Below the pieces are notes generated by a model. That model was not told the DNA's origin. It saw nothing but the letters and a program-made list of their open reading frames with translations, and searched no databases. A DNA stretch of 47,956 nucleotides, taken from contig CM119263.1 of the NCBI GenBank assembly GCA_051294375.1, forward strand, positions 5,998,495-6,046,450, given 5' to 3'. Made by a program: the position numbers and the translations under genes. Positions 26,786-42,864 of this stretch are shown piece after piece; position 1 is the stretch's first letter, and each line of letters starts with the position of its first letter. This DNA comes from Paraspadella gotoi (lineage: Eukaryota; Animalia; Chaetognatha).

Positions 26786-28285
26786 GATCGAATGATGATC
26801 AGGGAAGGGGGTGTCTGCAACCCTGCCTCTTTCGCCCGGGCTGCAGCCACTCCGGCCCCATGAGTTACAGGAGCCCTCCCGGCCCGTTGTTGTTGTTGTC
26901 GCCGTTTTAACTCCCGCCCAACACTTGGTTGATCTCGAGAGAAATTCCGCTAACAGAAACTTTTTAACTTCATTGAAGTCGGCTCACGACGACGACGAAG
27001 ACGACGACATATGTTTGTTTACATCACGTGATTTTTCATGGCATCCGATTAAGATTTTATTTATTTTCTTAAACGACGTCATATGATTTTCTTCCAAAAT
27101 TTGTTCGAAATATAAATTTGTCCGTAAATTTATAACATAAGATCTTAAGTAACTGATGCGTCTTAATTCTTGTTCGAATACGTTGGAATTTTTTAAGTTT
27201 AACAATTTAATATTTAAAAAATTTAATAAAGTTTACTTTTAATCTTCGACATTTTTCGCGTTAAACGACGTTCGACGCGATGTATGAAGTGACGCGACAA
27301 AACACATTTTCTCTCTCTCCCTCTCTTTCTCTCTCTCTCAGGGATATTTAAAGTAGGAGAACCAAAGATTTTTCCTATTCGTCATCGTAATTTTCAATTA
27401 TCCGCTTTACTTATTTAGTCTACAATGTCCAACGTCACGCGCTCATTTCTTCTCAATCGATTCATTGTTTTATTACGTTTTATTTCTTAACCGAAAATGC
27501 TTTTTCTTCTCCTAGAGTCTGTAGTAATAATCTTTATATTAACCCGGGAATAATAAAAAAGAGTAAAGATTGTGGCGATGTAAATAATACCCGCCTTACC
27601 ACTGTCCTCTCGCAGCTTTGTCGTAATAGCTGATCGACCTCAATTATTTCGTTTTAACCGTGCGTCCCGGGTACAATTCCTGGTTATTCCAGTTCTCGCT
27701 AAAATGTGACTCGACTGGTTTAAACATACTAGTGACATGATGAGGTCACTGAAGGTCCCCCACTCTTAAGCCAGTTAGGAAGATATCCTGCCCCCCGGGT
27801 ATTACAAGCATTCGTACCGTTGCCATAACATAAGTGATGAGCCTTTCACCCGAAGAGACAACTACTGCGAAGTGTGCGTCCTGGCTTAATTGCTTATACT
27901 TAGGGTATATGCAATACTTCTCTGGTGATACACCAGACGCACTTTATTGCTTGCCCGCTTTCACTATGACAATGATACACCTGGTCTCAAACATCTCAGG
28001 ACTCAGACCCTGACGCGAAGTTTTGTCTAATTGGCTGAAAGGGTTAAATCACTTTTTATTAATCTCTCGTCAACGGTTTGAACCTGATTCTTTTTAAAAT
28101 GCGAAAGGAACGGTTTAAATTTGCAAGTGATTGATAGTCCGCATGGCTACTAGAGGGGGACAAAGTACCTACTGAAGTTATCCTAACCAACAAGTTAACC
28201 AAAATTTGATTTTCTTACCTTTCGATCAGAGATGGTTCCTCTTTCCTCCTTCGCCTCCCGATCACGTGACTCCAATGTTTCTTCA

Positions 28286-32842
<4,557 letters not shown>

Positions 32843-33549
32843 CAGGAGGCCTTGACCGCGGCGGCGGCCGTGGCAGCTGCGGCGGAGGCGAAGGCAGCAA
32901 TGGAGGTGGCGTCAACGGTGGCGGCAAAAACAACAACGACCTGCAACTGAGCTTTATTTTGAAAGAATTAATCTTTCAACCAACATTTTTTTTGGCAATC
33001 ACTCTCCCTCTCCCTTACTCTTTCAATTGTCAACATACCCCGACTAAATGTCTCCGAGAGCATTGCAAACTAAGTGATAATCAATTTTCTGGCAACAAAA
33101 ACAACAACAATATCGTACATGAAGTTAACTGTCTCTCCACTTATGGTGGCAGTATTAAAAACAATGACAATGAAAATGACGAGGAAATTGAAAATGATTA
33201 TGACAGCGATTGTTACGACTGCATGGATAATGACAGAGGACATTAGAAATAATGATTATGACGGTCATGAAGAGGATGACTATGTTGATGACTACGACAA
33301 TGACAAATGCAAGAGTGACAAGTCATTGTCAGTGTTGGAAATCATTATGAAAAAAATGGTTGAGGATAAGAGAGTTCGACAGATTTTTCGCCGTCGCGCG
33401 GTTCCATGCGTCTCATGGACTTTTACAGGTCTGAGCATCGACGAGGCTGTCATCTGGAATCAACTTCGCTGAAAACAAAAGAAATTCTATTGCTTACTTA
33501 TATAATATTTGCGTATTTATTGTATTCTTGCCATAATTAAAATCAAGAC

Positions 33550-33823
33550 TGAAGAGACAGTAATTATTGATTTTATTATAAATATTATTATTAATTATTA
33601 TTGATTATATATATTATATAGACAGTAATTATTGATTTTGATTATTGATTATGATATTGATCAGGCTGTAACACCGTGTTACAGGCGGGTTAAGCGCCCC
33701 GTCCCTCTTAACTGCCAGACGACCACCGGCTAGAACCCGCGGACCTTTGGGTGGGGAGGCGAATGACTTGCCTCCGGCACCAGTGGTCGCTGATGAACGG
33801 TTGGTGGATTTTAGTCCACCATA
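33550..33823 (-). mobile_element. Solo LTR (copy 3) with AT-rich expansion in its 3' part
   Basis: Reverse complement of the consensus. TSD AGAC (33546-33549, 33824-33827). The twister is intact only up to the P4 5' strand. Confidence 0.88.
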
Positions 33824-36800
33824 AGACCAAATTAAAAGTTTCAATTTAAAAATGTTTAAAAAATAAAAATTAACTCTTGTCACTGTACTGTACATGTACG
33901 GTAATTAATTGCTTACAGAACACTCGACTTTATAATTCTTTGTCGGTCTGTAGGTCATTGATTAAAAACATTATGCACATGTCCGCCCGTCTCTCCTTGG
34001 CTATTACTGTCTATTGGATGGATTTATTGTTTAAATTTCGTACTTGTGAGAAAAGTTGGTTATTGAACTGAAAAAAAATGTTCTGATTGAATCGTGCTTT
34101 GTGAAATAAGTTAAATATTAAAAATTGACTTAACTTTTTATCATGACGGAGAAAGAATCCGGAAAGAGATTCTGGAAAAAGACGGCCGATGAATCTTATG
34201 ATTTGCCCACAAGACTGAACCGTGTCCTGTAGTGTCTAAATAACCTCCGTTTCTTCTCGTGATTCATTCTGTCCGGAAATTCTCTATTTTCTTGAGAGAT
34301 AAAATTTCACATTAATTTCATCCTCAAATCCCTGTATACTTAATTACTTATTAACTATTACTATTAACTATTACTTATGTAGTACTTCAATGTGGAGGCA
34401 GCAGTACGATACGAAAATCAAGCCTATTAAAGAGACTTAAATTTTTCTTCTTTTTCTCACAAAATGTACAAATTGTCTCTTTATTCAAAAATTGGGCAAA
34501 CTGGCGACTTATTCATTTCCAAAATAAAAAAAAATAGTTTTCATAGACGATCATTACCTATTGAAAACGCCTAAAAGCCTCAAAATTCTTATCCGGATCA
34601 GCTCATCGCAGATTATGGCTCTAAAATTCACTATGTCGGTCCGTCAGACCCACCCCATGATATGTCGGTAAATCACCATTTCAGAACATCAAATTATGAA
34701 TAATTATGCCAGAACAGACTACCGCCCGCCTCACCTCAGGGCTCTCAGCAGGCTTATCAGGTCAGAGAGATATTCGAGTGGCGCTTGGCATATTTCTAGC
34801 AGGATCCTTGCCAGATCCCAACCTCTCCCACTCCACCACAATATCCTCTCAACCCATTACAAGCCAATAACCCGAGCTCATTGTTAACGCCCTTCATTTT
34901 GAGCTCTTTCTCACCTTATCTTCCCTTACCTTTATCTTATCTATCCCTCATAACTTATTCATAACTTATAACCTGTCCTCACATCTGACCACTGTCTTTA
35001 CTCAATTCTTTGTTGGAAGCTCGCTCTCTCTCTCCTTTCTTTCTCTCCAAAGTCAATTAAAACAACTGAAAAGTTTGTGAATTTCAAAAGTGAATTTCAA
35101 AAGTTTGTGAATTTCAAACCCAAAGAGTCGAAACATGTCCGCTATTAAAATAAATCATTATCAACAATTCAAAAATACTTTGTTTTCTCTGAATAATTAT
35201 GCAAAATTATCGATGTCCCTCCGTCTGTGCCTCCCCACTTAGGGTCAATGATCGATTGAAGATTTTGTGTGAGAGATAAAAAGGGTATGATTGGGCCGGA
35301 AATCAAGTTTCGATGGAATCGTCGAGTGGAAATGAGTTTATAGTGTAATCGGCTAATCATTCCTCTCCCAACCGCTCTGTCCTGGGTTTCTGCCTACCGC
35401 TGTATCCGTTCTGAAAAGCAAGGAAAAATCTCTCAGACCTTACTGGGGAAGTGGGCGCTCTAAGTCTGGAGATTATCAACACTGCAACAACCGGTTGCCA
35501 GTGATGCCCATCTGGGTGGGTGTTTCACCTGTTGTTGGCGTTAGTAGCTTCCGACCTTCAGCTTTTAGGCAGATCCGATTACAACAAGAAGACACGACCA
35601 GGGAGTAGAAGTTTCTAGCTAACTTGAGTAGCATCCTTGACTTTGTTAAATGTGGACGAAAACTCTATCTTTTATGCTTTTTTACTATAGAATAAATTTT
35701 TTTCAGACAATTACCAAATTTTTATTTATACGAAATATTGCTGATTTAGAGGAAAGCGAAAGGTATTAATCTTTTTAACAGTATATTAATCATTGTATCG
35801 ACTTGATTATAAATTCTAACATTTGAATTTCCGGAGAAACCCGGATCGCCGATTAATAAGGAAAAGGTAAAATATTGTGACAAAATAATGATCAAAGTAT
35901 TAAAATTGATAATAATAGTAAAAATAATCAAAAAGAAAAGGTGAAATGGGCAGCGACTCAGAAGATAGGCCTCGTTTCCCTCGAGCTATCCCGCTTGGAG
36001 TCGCTCTTTTACACTGAAATCCACAGACCGACGTTTCCACGTGTTGAGAGTTTTTATCTGAAAGTTATTAGTTATTATATACGTCGCTCATAAGCGAAAA
36101 AAAAAAACCGACCGCAAAATTCCGGTCAGTGAATGTAAAAATAAGTGAATATAGATATTCAAACAATACAATCAATAATACTAACTACTAAATAATAAAA
36201 GAAATCAGTATGAACCACGAACAATTACAATTAATCACGATATCGATAAGGAAGTAATACGTGAGATGATGTAGACATATAAACGAATATGAGTCAAAAG
36301 AGTCCTGTTCAAACGCCAAATCCCAAATGATGCGCATAGCATATTTTTATACGACGAGCCGAAAGTCATTATCTCCCTTGTCCTAGACCAGGAGGCAAAA
36401 GAGCTTCTGAGTTATAAATAGGGTATCTGGACTCTACAGTAAAATTCGAAATTTAATAATATTATAATTTATGCAGAGACTTCGCTGTATGTTTTTATAT
36501 CATTTTATTTTACCTTATTATTGTTTTAAACTTTCTAAAAAAATTGAAAAATATTACCAATATTCAGCACTAATATTATACAAAAGTTTTATTGTAAAAT
36601 TATTTTTAAAAAGGATAAAGATTAGCGCTCCAAACAACAAAACATTACATATCATATTCAGACGAGGTAAACATTATAAGGTTTCACGGTAGTCGCAGGA
36701 TTGGGCCCACGTATTATTGGGCCCATAAAATTGCGCCCCAAGGATTGCACCCACGAAGCATTGCGCCCACATTGGGTACAATCCTAATGGAACCGGTTTC

Positions 36801-38015
36801 ACTTGTCTAGATATTATTTCCGAACTAATGGAATACGTTTTTTATGCTTTGGCTTCTGTGTAAAGTTTAGTATTCAATCGTTATCAGTAGCGCTGGCAAG
36901 AAAATTAATATCAAAAAAAGAAAAGTTGGGCGCTTGTAAGACAACGATATCGAGATTGGCGTCAAATTTTTAAAGAGATTTTCGAGGTTTACCAATCATA
37001 AAAAAAGTCTTTCTGGTGTTCAGGATTGTTTCTTATGTATTTGCAAAACGCCTAAGGCTACCAATCAAAGAATTTGCCAGGTGTAGATAGGCTGAGATAT
37101 TTTTAAATATTCCTCCTTTGGAATTTTTTCCCTGTAATGTTTTAAACAAATGTTTGCCAAAAATATTTTCATTATAGTAAATCATCTTCTTTGAAAGTAG
37201 CTGTGTGAATATGATAATATGTAAAGCAAGTTACCTAACCACAATGAATATTTTCCCCAAAAAACTATGTTTCATGCATCTAATTTCTTTTAAAATATTA
37301 AACAAAAACCGAGAAAAGGAATTAATATCAAACTGTAAATAAGAAGGCAATTTCCGTAATGAAAATATATGTTAAAATATAGATATAATTTTTTGAGTAT
37401 TTCGGTTTCTTGGATTCTGGTATGGAGAAGTTGCAAAATTTTAAAAAGTGCAAACTCTCCTTCATTTAAAAGGTTTTCTGTCAATTCTTTGAAAAAGATA
37501 ATATAAAAAATTCCTAAAAGATTTGCTATTTCTCATAAATAAGATAATAAAAAAATTTTTTACAAACTTTAAATCTTTTAATGAAGTAAACAGTTAAATA
37601 AACCTAAGCTAAATACTAAAGAATGAATAAGACACCAGTTTACTAATAAACTTTGGAACCAACTCGCCCAAAAATTGGCGTATTTAAGAGCTTGTTTTCA
37701 TAACTTTGGGTACAAATAGAGATACATTAAAGTCTCGCTTTCCTCTGAATATAAAAAAATTATCCTTGCAAAAGTTTTTTTCTCTAAATAGACATTCAAA
37801 AGATTAAGATTCTTTATTGAATAATACAGGTTACAATAAATAATAATTGCTACTACAAATAATGTGCTTAAAAGCTATAAGTGATTTAAAAAATATTTTT
37901 CAAAATAAAAAAGATTAACCCAATAACCAAGAGACAGTAAAATTTCACAAAAGAAGTAAACTTAGCTGCATTCTAAATCCCAGACTTAACCTATAGTTAC
38001 CTAGCTTCATATTGC

Positions 38016-39015
38016 TTACTCTGACGTTTGAAACAGTTTTTTTGGTATGGTATATTTGTATTGAAAAAATGAAACCCTTTTCCATTTTTCATTTATCATG
38101 CCTTTTACTTTGAAACACGAGGATTCTTCAAACGATGGTATATTATTTATAATATGAATGGGCTTTAAAAAAAGTAACAACCGGGCGGATATATCATTTT
38201 GTAAATATTTCAGTCCCATTTGTTGTACCATCTTTTGTAAAGATAAAGTTCCAAGTGTTGTTCTAACCATTTTAGAAAATGAGTACAGAATCAGAGTTAA
38301 ACTGTGCGAGATAATCATTTCTTTGTTTTTTTAGAATTTTGCTCGCACGTAAGATTTATAGAAAGAATCACTTATATAAATTAAGAAAAAATATTCTCTT
38401 TAATTCGCACAAAGAAAATATTCTAAATAGTATTGTGGGAAATAAAAAGAAACAGACGTAGGAAAAATTTATTGTCATATCAAAAACAAGAAATAAAAGT
38501 AGGGAAATTCCTAAGACTCCCTGAAGTACTCCAAGAACTTGGGTCATTTTATTTGCAAAACTGAAGAAATACAATCTGTTATTGGGAAACGGCGGCATCT
38601 CTCGGATATCTATCGCGCATTTTGCCAAACTGACTGTCGATAAAACTATTGAAAAAAGTAGAAAATATTCCCGGAATTCTCCAGCTGCAGATTTCAATGC
38701 GTTTACGATTTGTTCCAAGATTTTTGGCAGGAACAGGTGATTTGAGTTTTTAAAGAGCTCCATTCCGGCCTAGCTCGTACACCCTACCTGGAATCCAAAA
38801 AAAGTTGTTCAACGGATCTAAATTAACTCGGAATGCTGAAAAATTATGAAACAAATAATTCCCCAAGCATATCTCGTTGGTTTCACCAGTCCAACCCAAG
38901 AACAGCGACCATTGTCTTGTATCACCATCCTGCGGAAAAGACTCAAGTAAAACGTGGATGAGATTCATCTTCTTTATAAATGTAGTTTTCATTTCAATCA
39001 CCCGTTGATCAACCT
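38016..39015 (-). pseudogene. XK-related (Xkr) multi-pass membrane protein fragment, frameshifted
   Basis: Peptides MNLIHVLLESFPQ (XK-family LES.PQ motif), LLFSIVLSTVSLAKCAI and FRIFSL, with multiple hydrophobic helices split over three ORFs. Confidence 0.5.
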
Positions 39016-39615
39016 TTAAAGTAAATAAATATATCTATTGTATTGTATTATTTAGGCAAAAAATGCGTAAAAGTATTTATTTATTTTTTCTCTCTTTTTT
39101 TTCTCTGTAACTTTAATTTTTCTTGGTACATTATTATTTTTTTTAATTGACAATCGCAAAATAGAATTTTTCTTTCTGTTTATAAATTAATTTTCTTTTT
39201 TCAAATTTTTTTTTCTCAGGGGCTGCGTCTGCTGATCAGTTTATTTGACAATGACAATTGACAATGACAAAAGAAGAAAAAAAAACTTTTTCATTGTCAA
39301 TGAAAAAGGTTTTTTTGTATTTCAGAAACTGTAACTTTAATTTTCCTCGGTACTTTATTTTTTTTTTTAATTGATATTCGCAAAATAGAAATTTTTTTTC
39401 TGTTTATAAATTAATTTTCTTTTCTCAAATTTTATTTTTTTTGTTATCAAAATTTTTTGTCAATCCAGATTTTTCTTATGCGATTGCGACAAACCTTATG
39501 CTTTTAAGATTTTTTTCTATGTAAAATTTCCTTCCGATGTCTGTTTCCCAAGGTCAAACCGTTTAAAAATTATAAGGAATATATATTATAAGATATATAT
39601 TATAAGATGTCTATA

Positions 39616-39720
39616 CTAGGTGACACACGACAGCCCTCCGCTAAAAAAAATCATCATTTGCAAACGTGCGAAGATTTTTTTAATCTGAAAGATTTTTTCT
39701 GTAGTAAAGACCTAAATCAT
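39616..39720 (+). mobile_element. Partial copy of the 11940-12098 MITE
   Basis: GGTGACACAC..CATTTGCAAAC..AAGATTTTTTTAATCTGAAA shared with the 11940 element; the second TIR is not seen. Confidence 0.6.
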
Positions 39721-41742
39721 TTATAATTATATATCAAAATTTCGGCACTTTTTTTCAAAGAAGCCCCCTTGCTGCGGCTCCTGAAGCAGCGGACTCAAAC
39801 ACCCGGCAAGGGGGCTTCGATGATTGAAAAGGCCCAAATTTCATATTGGGTTCCGCATACAATCCGTGTCTTTTAGACAACGAAATCTGAACTTCAATAA
39901 TTACCATCTTTCTTCATCTCATTGGTTAGAATGAAGCTTTCTTCATTTAAAAAAACGGTAGGCTATAGTTATCTTCTTATGACGTAGTACTTTCCAGGTA
40001 AATTTCTATGAGTTAAAACAAGGTATAAGACATGTTTTCTTCAATGATTGTCAATCAAATCTTAATTTTAGAAATAAGTATGATTGAATTTTTATGGTAA
40101 AGATAACTTTTAAAGATTGAATTCCTCATAAGAATCTTCACATCTTTTACTTACACAAAACTATTCATCAGGACGCCACATTATCTCATACAATGTTTTT
40201 CCCCTCATACCCTTTCCCTGATTCTTTTTCTTCATCTCTTTTCTACTCTTTATTTGTATTTTCTTTCCCTCTTTCCTCCCCTACTTCTCACACCGTCAAT
40301 TACATTTTTTGGCCCTACCTTTTTTGCCACTCTTCCACTTTCCTCACCTTTTTTCTCTTCTTCATTCTTTCCCTTTCTTTTCCCTCTTTTTCTGTCTATT
40401 TTCCTTCTTCCTACCTTTTATTTGTCTTCACTATTTTTTTCGCCATTTACCTTCTTTTTTGCCATTTGCCCCCTCTTTCATTCTCTCCGACCTCCTTTTC
40501 TTGTTCTCCCTTTCGTTTTCCTATCACTACATTTACATTGAGCAATAAAAAATCTTTCTTATGCGGTATAAAAAAAGAAATTAACGGTAATAGAGGATTT
40601 TATTTCAATTTTGGTTGGCCGAGCAGATTTAATAAATCGACAGATTTTGCGGAAAATTTTTTCCGCAAAATCTGTCGATTCTGAGAAAAAAACAAGTCCT
40701 GACGCTTTCCATTAGGGTTAAAAGGATGCCGGTTTTTTTTGTTTTATATAAGTCAGTATGTACCTCATCCTTAAAACTAATAAAATGAGTTAAAAAATAC
40801 TCTCTTTATCTAAAATAAATGCAAGTACACAAAAAGTCACAAAATTAAAAGTGTCTTTAAAAAAATTTGTGGCATAAACGAAAAAAGTTTTTTTTTGATA
40901 ATTTTGTAGGGTGTTAAAAGCTTATTTAATAGGCTATTTTTCTGTTAATTTCAACCAATTTTTTTTATTTTTTGTTTAAACAAAATTTATGATAAAGACT
41001 GAAAACTGCAACTTTTTGACTTATTACTTTAAAAAATAATTCATAGGCAAACTATAAATGATTTAAGCAAATTAAATTTACACAGGGGTAAAGAAGTAAG
41101 GAAGAACGGATTTCCAAAGTAAAAAATTTTTCTCAACTTTCCTTGGCATTCAAATCATAGATAAGTCGTAAGTAAAATGGACAAATGGACATAATTTTTT
41201 TTCCTAAAAGTTGCCAAAATGGTACTCTTTTATCATTAGAAACGGGTGGAGATGTTTTCTAACCAATCCTTCGTTCGGCCCAATTTGTGTTGTGGCACAA
41301 AGTTAAATCAACATTGTTAATAGTAACAAAAAAAAAAGAAAAACTGAACCAATAGGTGGAGAACGAGTCCGTATTTTTTTTTCCTAAAATGCAACGTTAG
41401 AATTTTGATATGCGAGAACCAATTGATTGATTATGATTTGACTTGGCAAATGAGCGGAAGAGAAGTTAGCCTTAAAAATCGTCTTTCATTTTAAAACTTT
41501 TAAAACTTTTTTTTCAATCTTTTTGTCTCACTTTTTAAATATTTTTTAAAGAACTTATAGATAAAAAAGTATCAATGTTAATATATTATGAAAGCTCTTG
41601 AAGATTTGAAGAGAATGATATATTTAAGAATATTGTAACATAAAAATAAGCCTAACCAGCTTTAATGTAATCAAGGTAATCAAAATTAAAATATTGAAAT
41701 CCTAAAATATATTTTTTTAAATAAATAACCTATTTAAGCTAT

Positions 41743-41976
41743 TATGGTGGACTAAAATCCACCAACCGTTCATCAGCGGCCATTGGTGCCGGAGGCAAGT
41801 CATTCGCCTCCCAACCCAAAGGTCCGGGGTTCTAGCCCGGTGGTCGCCTAGCAGTTTAGAGGGACGGGGCGCTTAACCCGCCTGTAACTCTGTGTTACAG
41901 CCTGATCCGAAGCTCAGGGACTGCTTATATTGAATGGTTCTGTCATTAACATATATCAATAATCATTGTCTCTTCA
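41743..41976 (+). mobile_element. Solo LTR (copy 4), best preserved: tRNA-like 41776-41847, twister 41850-41925
   Basis: TATGGTGG...TCTCTTCA with TSD CTAT (41739-41742, 41977-41980). Acceptor GCGGCCA/TGGTCGC; P5 AGCAGTT/GACTGCT. Confidence 0.9.
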
Positions 41977-42170
41977 CTATAATGATTGAACCAATTATTA
42001 TTTATATAAGTATCATAATAAATAATGAAAAAAACTAAATTAAAATAGCTAATAATAATTTAATAATTATTCCAAACATGCTTTTTTGCAATCTTTAATT
42101 TAATGGTTATCTTAATTTTGTTTACCTTTATTGATTTAAAGCTGGATTGACTAATTTTAATTTTAACATG

Positions 42171-42864
42171 GTAATTATCCTTTCTTTTTCGTTGTTTGAG
42201 GAGAGATTTACAAAGTTTGATTTTTATTTGCAACGAATTTTATTTTAAAAGAGCAGACATGTTTCGGCTCACAATACGAGCCTTCATCAGCGCATATGAG
42301 TTATGAACTTGATACAAGTTTTTAGTTAAAGTAAAAGAGAGAGAGAGAGAGAGAGAGGGTTAAAGGTTTCCAACAAAGAATTGAGTAAGGACAGTGATCA
42401 GTGGTGAGGACAGATTTTTGGAAGTGGCTAGTTTTGATAAGTTTTTGAAAAGAAGTGAAAATTGGTGAGAGAGACAGAGAGAGAGAGAGAGAGACAAAAT
42501 AAATAAATAATTACATTTGAGCAATGTACAACATAGATAAAGATAATGGAAACTGTTTAATAACAAATTGAATAAATTAATTTTTGAAATTGAAATTGAA
42601 AGTTGAAAATTGAAATTGAGAAGTTGAAAATTAGAGAGATAGATAAGTAAAGATTGTAGTGAAATATAAGAATTAAGAAAGAGCTCAAAATGAGCTGGGC
42701 CCCCCCCCGGTCTCTCTCTCTCTCTCTCTCTTTTACTTTAACTAAAAACTTGTATCAAGTTCATAACTCATATGCGCTGATGAAGGCTCGTATTGTGACC
42801 GAAACATACATTGTCTGCTTCTTTTAATAATGAAAATGGCGTTGCAAAATAAAATCAAACTTTG
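42171..42864 (-). mobile_element. Penelope-like retroelement remnant with inverted pseudo-LTRs
   Basis: ~150-bp inverted arms (42211-42358 and 42711-42864), each with a hammerhead core. Flanking 14-bp direct repeat TTAATTTTAACATG (42157-42170, 42865-42878). Confidence 0.65.
42253..42293 (-). ncRNA. Minimal type I hammerhead ribozyme motif
   Basis: Minus strand GCG-CTGATGA-A-GGCTC gtattgt GAGCC-GAAA-CATG-TC^TGC, with palindromic ACATGT at stem III. A degenerate copy lies on + at 42774-42818. Confidence 0.7.

Noticed and set aside
27574-27720. HDV-like ribozyme (CTG-TCCTCTCG-CAG as P3/L3)
   Set aside because: P1 needs several wobbles plus a mismatch, the P1.1 GG is absent, and there is no convincing J4/2-P2.
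33788-33823. CTGATGA on the antisense strand of the LTR as a hammerhead core
   Set aside because: No GAAA follows a stem II, so the core is incomplete.
34580-34890. GIY-YIG endonuclease CDS (HYVG-like word)
   Set aside because: Too degenerate, with stops; at most a decayed Penelope-like fragment.
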